A DNA stretch of 56,900 nt from a virus (lineage: Duplodnaviria > Caudoviricetes): positions 1 to 56,900 of the IMG/VR virus record IMGVR_UViG_3300048597_000631, one strand, 5' to 3'. Positions 18,369 to 27,325 of this stretch are shown in pieces. The position numbers and the translations under genes are program-made. Numbering within the stretch: the stretch's first letter is position 1; every line of letters begins with the position of its first letter. The notes below the pieces were generated by a model, which saw only the letters and a program-made list of their open reading frames with translations, was not told the DNA's origin and searched no databases.

Positions 18369-21128
18369 TTAGGTGACGGCGACGAACGAACCTTTGCCAG
18401 CCACCGGAGACTCCATCGCGTTGTATTCCTCGATGTACCACTGCGTGGCCGCGATCAGCTTAGCGGTTGCCTGGTCATACTTCGGGAATGGACCTTGCAG
18501 CGACAAAGGCTTGTAGACGCGGAAAGCGACCAGCTCGCGGTTGACCACCATCATGATGTTGTCCGACAGTGCTGTGCTCGGCGCGGCGTAGATCGGCAGG
18601 CCCTTGAGCGTGCGGAAGAAGCCGTTGCTCTGCGCCTCGGCGTCGGGCCGGCTGCCGCTCTCCGTGAAGCCGCTCCAATTCGCGAGCAGGTCGGCGTTCG
18701 CCACCGACACAACGATGGACGTGGGCGAATAGTTGCGGTTGAGCACCTTCACCTTGGCCTTGCCCAGCTTCAGAATGGCATCGGCATAGTCCGGCGATCC
18801 CGCGCTGCCGTTCCATGTGCCGCCGCTGTTGTTCGCCACCGTGCGCAGCGTCGCGGCGGCCATGCTGAAGATGTCCTGGTCGACCTTGCGTGTCTGCTCG
18901 GTGATCAGGTTGCCCAGCGTGCGCTGCACCACGTCATAGTTCAGCTGCGAGCGCGAGAATTCGACCGCCTCGTTCGTGATGTCGATGCTCATGCGGTCGG
19001 CCTTCGCCGTGATGGTCACGTTCGACAGCGTGGTCTTGGCGCGCTCGATCGGCGCGTTCTCGCCTTTGCGAATCGCCTCATACACGTAGTCGATCAAGAG
19101 CGACTGACCGGCGGTGATCGCGCCGCCGGTGGGCACGAAGATGCGGCCGTTGCCATAGTCCACGAAGTAATCCGTGTTCTCGACATAGGTCGTCGAGCCG
19201 GCGCTATTGGTCAGCACCACCGTGCCCTGCTTCACGCGCTGGTTGGCGAGCGATCTCCATTGCGCCAGCGGGTTAGGCGCCGTGACGGCTTCATCCGTGA
19301 TCGTCACCGACATGCCCGATTCTTCGGTGTAGGTCTCGAAATACAGCAGGTCAGGCGAATTCTGCATCGGTGCCACATCGAAGATGCTCGTGGCCACCAA
19401 CTGCGGCCACACGGCCGCCACCACTGCGCGCGAGACGCTGTAGGGCAGCGACAGGTCGGTGCTGAGCTGCGCTTCGTTGAAACGCTGCGCCTCGGCGGCG
19501 AGCTTGTCCTTGAACTGCTCGTCGAAGCGCTTCAGGATTTGCGCCGCGACGATCTGGTTGCGGTTCTTCGGCTTGGCCTCGTTCCAGATCGGCGCGTATT
19601 CCCGCGCGCGCAGACCTTCGAGCAGCTCGTGCGACACGCGGCCATACTCCGGCACGCCGGCGTCGCGCTCGAGCACAGTGCCCAGCACCTGGACGCCGGC
19701 GGCGCCGCCTGCAGCAGACATGCCCATGCCGGCAAGTCGCGCGCTGGCCACCATCGCGTCGTAGCGCTTCTGCAAACGCTCGAAGGCGGCCTGCACGCCG
19801 GCGGCATCCGTCACCGCCTCGGCCAGCTCGTCGGCGAATTGCTTGTTCAGCGATTCACCATACGGCAGCTTCTCGCACGCCTTCTTCACAGCTTCGGCGA
19901 TGGCGGCCTTGCGCGCCTGCTCGTCGAGCGTGCGCTTGGCATCCATCGCCTCAGCGATGGTTTTGAACACGTCGGCGTTCGGCGCGAGGTTCAGCTTCTC
20001 GCGCAGCAAGCCCTCGATCTGTTTGGCCTGCGCCTCGGTCAGCTTGTCGAGCGCCTCGATCCCCAATGCGGCCTTCACCTGCGCCGCCAGTTCGGGATTT
20101 TGCTGGAGCATCTCCAGCAGCTTCTTCGGGTCCATGTTGTCCTCCTGATCAAATTCGTTTTTGTCGTTCTTGCTTTCGAGAACGGTGTGGTTGAGGAAGC
20201 CGGGCGTCATCACCAGGTCATAGCCGGTGAAGTGCAGCTCGGTCACCTCCTCGATCTCTCCATCGTTCTCGGTCAACGTTCGCGCGAAGCCATAGCCTCG
20301 CAGGCTGCCGCCGGGCATGACGCCGAACTCCATCAGGGTGAGTGCGTCCTTGCCTTTGCTGGTCGGGATGACGGTGCCAATGAAATCCACCGCGCCCGTG
20401 CCCTCGTCAAACGTGACTTCCGTCCAGTTGACGATGGTTTCCAGATAAAGGGGACGCTGCCCTTTGTCGCTCGGATGATCTGCCTCGCCGACCAATTGGT
20501 CGCCGTCCTTCGTGAGAAGAATGGCACGCCCCTGGCCCGCGCTCTCGTGCAAATGCTGTCTGATCTCGGTCACCGCACCGCGCACCACCTCGCGCGGGTA
20601 GCGTCGGCGGTTGCGGTTCACCGCGTCGGCCATCACCGCCTCGCGCACGCGGATGCGCCGGCCTTCGCCTTGCGCCGTCTTCACGGCCTCGCCCAGGTCG
20701 GCCTTGATCACATCGACCTGCTCGGTGAAGCGCGCTTTGCGCCCCTTGGCCCGTTCCGTCACAACGGTGGGCGCCGGCGTCGTTTGCGGAATCTTGGCCG
20801 GCGCAGCGGGCTGATAGGCCAGCTCGACGACTTCCCACTGATCCTGCGCATCGAACGCGAACTCAATGCCGGCGCCGGTCTCGGCAACCGAGTAGCCCAC
20901 GCGGTAATACTCGCCATCCTGAAGCGCGCTGCCGATGCTTTCGCTGGTGCGCGTGTATACAGAAACGATCAGGTGATCGGAGAAGATCTCGCGCACCACG
21001 TAGATCGGGCCGCGCTCAGCATCGGGGAACGCGCTGTAGAACGCGTTGCGCAGGCGCTGGAGATAGTCATCCAGCGACCCTTTCACTTCTGTGATCGCCT
21101 GGCCGCGGTTGAGTTTGCGTTTGCTCAT
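18369..21128 (-). CDS. Prohead protease-scaffold-major capsid polyprotein (T4 gp21/gp22/gp23-like)
   Basis: Protease motifs 'NRNRRRYP','GEADHP','TSKGK','SLRGYG'; helical middle region; gp23-like 'VWPQLVATSIFDVAPM'; no internal stop over 919 aa. Confidence 0.85.
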   Translation of the reverse strand: MSKRKLNRGQAITEVKGSLDDYLQRLRNAFYSAFPDAERGPIYVVREIFSDHLIVSVYTRTSESIGSALQDGEYYRVGYSVAETGAGIEFAFDAQDQWEVVELAYQPAAPAKIPQTTPAPTVVTERAKGRKARFTEQVDVIKADLGEAVKTAQGEGRRIRVREAVMADAVNRNRRRYPREVVRGAVTEIRQHLHESAGQGRAILLTKDGDQLVGEADHPSDKGQRPLYLETIVNWTEVTFDEGTGAVDFIGTVIPTSKGKDALTLMEFGVMPGGSLRGYGFARTLTENDGEIEEVTELHFTGYDLVMTPGFLNHTVLESKNDKNEFDQEDNMDPKKLLEMLQQNPELAAQVKAALGIEALDKLTEAQAKQIEGLLREKLNLAPNADVFKTIAEAMDAKRTLDEQARKAAIAEAVKKACEKLPYGESLNKQFADELAEAVTDAAGVQAAFERLQKRYDAMVASARLAGMGMSAAGGAAGVQVLGTVLERDAGVPEYGRVSHELLEGLRAREYAPIWNEAKPKNRNQIVAAQILKRFDEQFKDKLAAEAQRFNEAQLSTDLSLPYSVSRAVVAAVWPQLVATSIFDVAPMQNSPDLLYFETYTEESGMSVTITDEAVTAPNPLAQWRSLANQRVKQGTVVLTNSAGSTTYVENTDYFVDYGNGRIFVPTGGAITAGQSLLIDYVYEAIRKGENAPIERAKTTLSNVTITAKADRMSIDITNEAVEFSRSQLNYDVVQRTLGNLITEQTRKVDQDIFSMAAATLRTVANNSGGTWNGSAGSPDYADAILKLGKAKVKVLNRNYSPTSIVVSVANADLLANWSGFTESGSRPDAEAQSNGFFRTLKGLPIYAAPSTALSDNIMMVVNRELVAFRVYKPLSLQGPFPKYDQATAKLIAATQWYIEEYNAMESPVAGKGSFVAVT

Positions 21129-21150
21129 GTGTGATGCTGTCAATTGGCCG

Positions 21151-21241
21151 GAAAAGCAAAGCGGCGGCATTTCAAATGAAATGCCGCCGCTGGTCTGCTG
21201 GCCGGTATATGCCCCCTGCGGGGTTGATGTCTTGAATTCTA
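21151..21241 (-). promoter_or_regulatory. Repeated late leader, copy B
   Basis: TAGAAT at 21241-21236; same CCAGCAGACC-AGCGGCGGCATTTC...GAAATGCCGCCGCT-TTGCTTTTC element about 23 nt before the capsid ATG. Confidence 0.75.
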
Positions 21242-21272
21242 GCGCACATTTTGTTTTGTGCGCTGCATGGGT

Positions 21273-22817
21273 TCACCCGAATGGGCTGCGCCGCACCGTC
21301 GCCGGGGCCGTGCTTGTTTGCTCCGCCGGCGCAAAGACAAGATTCGACAACACGACCGCGTCGCCCTTGTCCGGCGAGCGTCCGATGCGCTTGATGATCT
21401 CCTCCTTGCTTTCAACCTGGATGCCGTTTGTCTTGAGCGACCATCTGGGCGCGCACAGATCGCTTTTGAGCTCAGGATCGTCGGGCAGCGCGATGTCCGG
21501 CACGCCGTAGTCCGGATCGAGGGCCTCGCGCATCTTCCACCACCCCTCCGCGCGCAGGTTGACAAAGCCCAGCTTCCCGCTGCGGTCGCGAGCGTCGCTG
21601 CGGCCGGCCACGTTCACGCCGACCGCGCGGCGCGTGTGCTCGCGCAGCGAGTCATACACGCTGGCGCCCACGCCGATCACGTCGACGTGGATGTCGGCGT
21701 CTGGGTGGCGGTGCTCCTTTAGCACCAGACCGGCGACGATGGGCCCGTTGGGCGTCTGGCTGCCGGGATATGTGATGACAACATCGAACCACGCGCCATA
21801 GCGCGGCGCAATGGCCGTTTTGTCGTCGCCGCCGCGCGCCACGTCCACGCCCAGCGCCGTGAGCGGCACATCTGGCCGCGGCGTCTCGCGCCAGCGTTTC
21901 TGCGCGATCTCCACCCAGCGCGTTGGGATCACTTGCCACGGGTCTTCCTTGCGGCCAGCCTTCCAATCGCCAAACATGAGTTGGCTGCGCAGCGGCTCCG
22001 GCAGGTTTTGCAGCGTCGTCATGTAATCCGTCGCCATCAGGAACGGGTTATCTGTCACCCGCGCCGGCACAAACGTGCGCGATTTCGGCTTGATCGTCAG
22101 CTCCTTGTGCGTGAAAGGTCTACCGTCCTCAACCTCTTTGTCCTTGCCATCGATGACCGCAAACCAGCGTATCTCACCGGCGACGGCCGGCTGTGGATGC
22201 TGGTCATCCAGCCACGGCGCCCAATACTCAATCACCCACTCGCCGTCGCTTGACGCCGGCGGGTTGCTGGCGCACACAACGCGGCAGCGTTGCCCAGGCA
22301 CCGTGGTGCGGTTCCATGCAATCACCGACTTGAATTGCAACCGTACAAATTCAGTCAACTCATCAAAGCCGTAATAATCCTTGGCGCGCCCACGAAACTT
22401 CTGCCAATCGGTCTCGCGTTGCATGGCGGCAAACTCCAACACGCGGCCACCCGGCGCGCCCGGCAGGCCGCGCCAGATGTTGTCGTTGGCGTTGAAGCGT
22501 CCTTTGTCTTGCACGATCTCCCTGCTTCGATCCACCATGTCTTTTAATTGCGTGTATTCACGCCTGAAAATGATCCCGCGCCGGTGCTCGTTGATGGCCA
22601 ATCCAACAAGCAGATCGGACTTGCCGCCGCCAGCGCTGCCGCCATACAACAGCTCATCCGCCTGGCTGTGATACGCCATCGTCTGCGGACCCGGCAGCGG
22701 CTTCCACAGGCGTTTGTCCATCGCCAGAAGCCGGTCCAGCTCGTCGCGTTCGCGCGGCGTCAAATAGGGCAGCAATTCGCGCAGCTCTTTGCTCGTCAGT
22801 GAGTTGGTCATCGCCAA
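21273..22817 (-). CDS. terL: Terminase large subunit
   Basis: Walker A 'GGSAGGGKS', Walker B 'GFDEL', 'ASNP', nuclease 'GVDVARGGDD' and 'SPDKGDA'. Confidence 0.93.
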   Translation of the reverse strand: MAMTNSLTSKELRELLPYLTPRERDELDRLLAMDKRLWKPLPGPQTMAYHSQADELLYGGSAGGGKSDLLVGLAINEHRRGIIFRREYTQLKDMVDRSREIVQDKGRFNANDNIWRGLPGAPGGRVLEFAAMQRETDWQKFRGRAKDYYGFDELTEFVRLQFKSVIAWNRTTVPGQRCRVVCASNPPASSDGEWVIEYWAPWLDDQHPQPAVAGEIRWFAVIDGKDKEVEDGRPFTHKELTIKPKSRTFVPARVTDNPFLMATDYMTTLQNLPEPLRSQLMFGDWKAGRKEDPWQVIPTRWVEIAQKRWRETPRPDVPLTALGVDVARGGDDKTAIAPRYGAWFDVVITYPGSQTPNGPIVAGLVLKEHRHPDADIHVDVIGVGASVYDSLREHTRRAVGVNVAGRSDARDRSGKLGFVNLRAEGWWKMREALDPDYGVPDIALPDDPELKSDLCAPRWSLKTNGIQVESKEEIIKRIGRSPDKGDAVVLSNLVFAPAEQTSTAPATVRRSPFG

Positions 22818-23301
22818 TCTCTATCGGCCCGCCGTTTTTGCCGGTGATTTCAGATTTGTCCACAAACAATCCATGTGCCCGTCCAAGTGTCACCAGTGCG
22901 CCTTGCGCGTCATACAGTTCGAACTCAGTTACCGCCTCACTTTCTCCATCTTTCAACTGCCGACGGGTGACCTTTAATTTTTTAATCAAATGCAATTGAT
23001 TAAGCGATTGCGCTTTTACAAGATCGATCGTCGCGGTTCCATCGTCATTGACCACAACAAAATCTTTCATCGAGCCCCGCGCGTGGCTGGTCAATCTCGT
23101 GACAACCTCATCAGCGCCGGCTTGCAATTCTTCCAGCCGGCGTTTGATCTCGCTCGATATTTCAGGTTTCTTCAAGTTCTCGTGCCCAATCGAACCGGCC
23201 GTCTTGGACGAGTAGCCTGCGCGCCGTGCCGCATCAGATGCATTCCAGCACTGGAGGTAGTGCTCTATAAAAGCGCGCTCCTTGTTGGTCAGCTTGCGCA
23301 T
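22654..23301 (-). CDS. terS: Terminase small subunit
   Basis: 'LTNKERAFIEHY...NASDAARRAGYS...GHENLKKP' Terminase_2-like HTH. Confidence 0.9.
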   Translation of the reverse strand: MRKLTNKERAFIEHYLQCWNASDAARRAGYSSKTAGSIGHENLKKPEISSEIKRRLEELQAGADEVVTRLTSHARGSMKDFVVVNDDGTATIDLVKAQSLNQLHLIKKLKVTRRQLKDGESEAVTEFELYDAQGALVTLGRAHGLFVDKSEITGKNGGPIEIGDDQLTDEQRAARIAALFDAARTRRAGPASGDGQTPVEAAAGSADDGVSQPGG

Positions 23302-23328
23302 AACAGTTTGCCGGCTGCCACACCGGCG

Positions 23329-23643
23329 TCATGGCTCAGTGTTGACAACGAAATACCGAATGACCTGCTCGTCCCCAATCGAGAAGCAGCACTCAACGCG
23401 GTAGAGACGCAGCGGTTGCGGCACCTGAATCAGGGGTGTGACGAATACGCCGCTTTGAATGTTTGCCGAACCTGTCAACACGCCGGACTCGGCGCTGACA
23501 TCCGCGCCGGTTGTCACATCCCACACCTTGACCGCCGGCGAGGTTGCATTGGTGCTCGCAGGAAGCTGCACCTTGTAGATGCGCTTTTCACGCACGGACT
23601 GCCGAATTGGGCTGCCGATCAATTCACGTGTATTCGTATTCAT
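23329..23643 (-). CDS. Hypothetical virion-associated beta protein
   Basis: 104 aa, coupled to the upstream repeat protein. Confidence 0.55.
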   Translation of the reverse strand: MNTNTRELIGSPIRQSVREKRIYKVQLPASTNATSPAVKVWDVTTGADVSAESGVLTGSANIQSGVFVTPLIQVPQPLRLYRVECCFSIGDEQVIRYFVVNTEP

Positions 23644-24812
23644 GACATCCTCAAGGCCGGCACCAGGGCATCCAAAGCGAGTGATACATCAACCATTTTG
23701 AATGCCTCTTCACTCGGCACGTAAAAGTCGGGCGGGAGTGGTGTCACACGGGCGGACGCGCTCAACGTTTGGTCATCCTGTGTGGCGTTGAACGTGGCAA
23801 TGATGCTGACGGCAACGATGCCAGCCAGGGTATCCCCACTGCCGGCGCCGGCCAGGATGCCAGTGATCGTGCTAACGCCAATCGCTGCAAGCCCATCACC
23901 GTCCTGAAATGCATTCAATGCGGCAGTAACATTGATGCCAGCAAATGCAACTGCAGTCTGATCCGCCTGAATGGCTCCAAGCGATCCGGCGACATCCACC
24001 GTCGCAACACCGACCAGCCCCTGTGAATCCTGCGTGGTTTCCAGGACGGCTATCGCGCCGCTGATTAAAACGGCTGTAGCAAGGAGGGTGTGCGCATCCT
24101 GCACCACGCTCAACGCGCCGGCAACATCCACAATCGCCGCAGCGGCAAGCGTCTGATCGCTATGCGTCACATTCAATGACGCACTCACAGCCACCGCCCC
24201 AGCGGCGCTCAGGCTGCCATCGTCCTGCGTCGCGATCAACGCAGCCGATACCATCATGCTGCCGGAACCGTTCAGGCTGTCATCGGCCTCCGTGACGCTC
24301 AGACCACCAGCAACCCCGACCGACACAATTGCGTTCAGCGTGTCATCGGCTGGTGTGCTACTCAGCAATGCAGCGACTGCAACTGTCGCACTTGCGTTCA
24401 GTGCCTGGTCATCCTGCGTCGCATCCAGCGTCGCCGTCACACCAGAGCTGACTATCGCTGTTGCACTGAGTGTGTCATCTGCCTGCGTCGCGATCAGTGC
24501 AGCGGAGACAAGCAACAAGCCGGCAGCATCCAGACTGTTGTCAGCCTGCGCCGCATTTAGCGTGCCGGCGACGCCCACCGTTGCCGATGCGGCAAGCGAT
24601 TGATCATCCTGCGTGCTGCTGAGTGCGCCATTGACGGCCACCGACACCGAAGCGCTGAGTGTGTTGTCACCAACAGCAGACGACAGCACGCCGGCCACGT
24701 CCACCGTCCCAGTGGCGGCCAGCGCGTGATCAGCCTGCGTCGTGTTGAGCGTGGCGTTGACGCCACCCCCCGCCGGCGCGAGCAGGTTATTCAGCAGCAG
24801 CGTGAGCAGCAT
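23640..24812 (-). CDS. 21-aa tandem repeat (beta-solenoid/fibre-like) protein
   Basis: About 16 repeats of V-x-[AG]-x-L-x-x-T-Q-x-D-x-x-L-x-A. Confidence 0.75.
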   Translation of the reverse strand: MLLTLLLNNLLAPAGGGVNATLNTTQADHALAATGTVDVAGVLSSAVGDNTLSASVSVAVNGALSSTQDDQSLAASATVGVAGTLNAAQADNSLDAAGLLLVSAALIATQADDTLSATAIVSSGVTATLDATQDDQALNASATVAVAALLSSTPADDTLNAIVSVGVAGGLSVTEADDSLNGSGSMMVSAALIATQDDGSLSAAGAVAVSASLNVTHSDQTLAAAAIVDVAGALSVVQDAHTLLATAVLISGAIAVLETTQDSQGLVGVATVDVAGSLGAIQADQTAVAFAGINVTAALNAFQDGDGLAAIGVSTITGILAGAGSGDTLAGIVAVSIIATFNATQDDQTLSASARVTPLPPDFYVPSEEAFKMVDVSLALDALVPALRMS

Positions 24813-24834
24813 GATTCAGTAAGCGCGATCAAGG

Positions 24835-25233
24835 TCAGGCGTTGCCGGCGTTGATGGTGAAGCCGGTCACAGTCACAGACTGGCCGCTGGCAATGCTGGT
24901 GTTGTCGAGCTGCAGATCGCCTGTGCCGATGCCGCACGTGCCCTGCATATGCGTGGTTGTGCCGGCGGAATCTTTCAGGCGGAAATGGGCAGCGGTGCCG
25001 CTGGCCACGCCGGTGCCCTGCCACGTGCCGCTCTTTGCTTTGGAGCCGCTGGCGGCCGCTGCCATCCAGTCGCTGGGTAGCGTGATCTCAACCAGCAGCG
25101 AGCCGCTGTCAGCGGCCGCGCAGCTGGCCGGCGCCGCGCCGGAGCGAATCTGAAGCTTTGCAGACACGCCGACTGTAGCTTCGACCTGGTCGAGCTGGTT
25201 GTTGCGGACAGTCACTGAATACTGAATTGCCAT
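24835..25233 (-). CDS. Small virion structural protein
   Basis: 'SGTAAHFRLKDS...DLQLDNTSIASGQSVTVT' pattern, common in phage accessory structural genes. Confidence 0.65.
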   Translation of the reverse strand: MAIQYSVTVRNNQLDQVEATVGVSAKLQIRSGAAPASCAAADSGSLLVEITLPSDWMAAAASGSKAKSGTWQGTGVASGTAAHFRLKDSAGTTTHMQGTCGIGTGDLQLDNTSIASGQSVTVTGFTINAGNA

Positions 25234-25242
25234 GTGGTTACC

Positions 25243-26631
25243 TCACTTGAAAAGAACATTGACGACGATCTCATTTGCCGCGACGGCGCCGGTGTCGGCA
25301 TCAGCGACACCGGTGGTCAGTGCATACGCAATGCCGGTTGCGAAGGCAATGCCCATGCCGCCGGTGTCCAGCACAAAGCCGGCGCCGGCGGTGTTGCCAG
25401 GAATGGGAAGGGTGAGCACCGGCGTGTCGGTGCCGACGGTGGGCGCGCTGGCTTTGTTGTAGAGCTTCAAATAGCGCACGGCTGCATTGGCATTCATGGC
25501 GATGATCGTGAACACCTGGCCAGCGCTCGCCTTTGCCACCGTGCCGTTGGTCGATGCGGCGCTGATGACACGGCTGATACTCAGCCCGCCAGCGGTGTGC
25601 GGTGTGGGCGTGATGGCCAGTGCACCCGATGCGTTCACTGTGGCGCGCTGACCGCGCGTGGTGGCGTCTTCAATCACGCCAACCGTCGCGCGCTTCGAAT
25701 CGATGCGCGGCGCGGCAGCGTCGTTCTCGGTCAGCGCCGTGCCGGCGACCTCATCAAACACATAGCCAACCAGATGCACCCGGCTGGTGCCATCGGTAAA
25801 CGCGGCATTGTCCACAACGTTGCCGAGCGTGTTGATCTGGCCAGTGCTGTCAGAAGCAACCGTGACGCGCAAGGTGTTGGCACTCGATGCGCCGTTGTTG
25901 GCGGCAGCCGTTCCGCCGGCCACCTGCGCAATGTTGACCGACTGGTTTGCAGTGAGTGCGCCAATGACGTTCGAACCAGCCGGCAAAGGCGCATCGAGCC
26001 CGATCAGGGCGGTCGTTTTGGTGGCTCGCAGGCTGACAACGGCCGTGCCGGTGCCAGTGACCGAGCAGCGCGCGCGCACATTCACCAGGCTGCTCATTTC
26101 GGCTTGCCACTGGCCATTAGCGGTTGTGGTACCTGCGGCGGTCAGCACGCCGGCAAACGACAGGATCGGCAACGCAAACCAGTTGGTGCCATCGAGCGTG
26201 CCTTCAACGATGATCGTGCCGGTCCATGTGCCGGCGATCTGAACGCCGAGCGTGGCATCAGCGTTCAGGCCGGAAAGTGTGACGGCGTTGGCCGTTGCGT
26301 TCATGGCCAGGTTTTGCGCGATTGCCGCAACGTCAGACTCGCTGCGCACGCGATCCCACGTCGCGCCGTTCCACCCCATCAGGTGGGCAGCCACTGCCGG
26401 CGCGGTTGGATTGGCCGTTGCATCCACGAGCGCAGCCGCTGCGGGCAGCTCGGTGTCCACCGGCAGCCCGTTCGACGCGTCCACATCGCGCAGTGAGCCG
26501 TCAGATCCAAAACCCACTTTTACACGCTGGGCCTTTACGTTGCTGACAGCGCCGCCGTTCAATGTTGCCAGATCGTCGGTGGCGATCACATCGCCGCCTG
26601 CCCCTGTGTTCAATGTGGTGTTATCTGCCAT
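25243..26631 (-). CDS. Putative virion fibre/decoration protein
   Basis: Ala/Thr/Gly-rich; C-terminal 'YLKLYNKASAPTVGTDTP...GIAFATGIAY' domain. Confidence 0.65.
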   Translation of the reverse strand: MADNTTLNTGAGGDVIATDDLATLNGGAVSNVKAQRVKVGFGSDGSLRDVDASNGLPVDTELPAAAALVDATANPTAPAVAAHLMGWNGATWDRVRSESDVAAIAQNLAMNATANAVTLSGLNADATLGVQIAGTWTGTIIVEGTLDGTNWFALPILSFAGVLTAAGTTTANGQWQAEMSSLVNVRARCSVTGTGTAVVSLRATKTTALIGLDAPLPAGSNVIGALTANQSVNIAQVAGGTAAANNGASSANTLRVTVASDSTGQINTLGNVVDNAAFTDGTSRVHLVGYVFDEVAGTALTENDAAAPRIDSKRATVGVIEDATTRGQRATVNASGALAITPTPHTAGGLSISRVISAASTNGTVAKASAGQVFTIIAMNANAAVRYLKLYNKASAPTVGTDTPVLTLPIPGNTAGAGFVLDTGGMGIAFATGIAYALTTGVADADTGAVAANEIVVNVLFK

Positions 26632-26653
26632 CACCTCTCCTTCAATTCACGTT

Positions 26654-27325
26654 TTAACCCGCGCCAAGTAGCATCAGACGGGGTGCCGCAACTGCCGCTG
26701 CGGTGGGAATGTTGTTTGCGTCGTCCCACAGCGCAACGTCGTCGAACCACAGCGTCGCTGTCTGCGACCATGCCTCTTCACTGCCGCCAATTTGCAACTC
26801 ATCTGGCATTCCGGTTGTGCCAGCGGTCATATCCGTGAAGTTGATGATTTCCGCGTTGTCTTGCCAAACTTTTAAGTTTGGATTCGCGCCTGAAACATCG
26901 TAAAGAACATCAAACTTCACCCATTGCGCCGTAGGAATGCCGCCAGAAATTGAGATTGTTTCTGTGTCTCCATCCTTCCTTCGAAGGTAAGCGTTCCAGC
27001 TTCCGTAGTAATCAGCGATGCGGAACAGATTGAAGAGACCACTTCCGTTAAAGCGAAAGATTCTCAGGCCGCCTCCCGCGGTGACGGTTTGAATATTCAA
27101 CCAAAAACGGGCGTGAATGACGTTGCTTGCCGGCGGCGTGATTGTTCGAACAGGGTAAGCATTCCAGTTTTGCCCGCCGGTCAAACCTTCAGCGATCATG
27201 CCGTAGCTGCCGGCGCGTGCTGCTGCGCCGGCAACCGTGAGGCTTGCGCCGGTGCCGTTTACTGTTGTCCACGACCAGGCAGAAAAGTCGCCCGTCTCAA
27301 ACGTGTCAGCAAATATCTGTGCCAT
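26654..27325 (-). CDS. Lectin/LamG-like (concanavalin-fold) protein, lower GC
   Basis: 'FADTFETGDFSAW...LWFDDV' jelly-roll pattern. Confidence 0.55.
   Translation of the reverse strand: MAQIFADTFETGDFSAWSWTTVNGTGASLTVAGAAARAGSYGMIAEGLTGGQNWNAYPVRTITPPASNVIHARFWLNIQTVTAGGGLRIFRFNGSGLFNLFRIADYYGSWNAYLRRKDGDTETISISGGIPTAQWVKFDVLYDVSGANPNLKVWQDNAEIINFTDMTAGTTGMPDELQIGGSEEAWSQTATLWFDDVALWDDANNIPTAAAVAAPRLMLLGAG

Noticed and set aside
18495-21134. 879-aa + strand ORF
   Set aside because: Antisense shadow of the capsid polyprotein, expected from high-GC codon bias; no motifs
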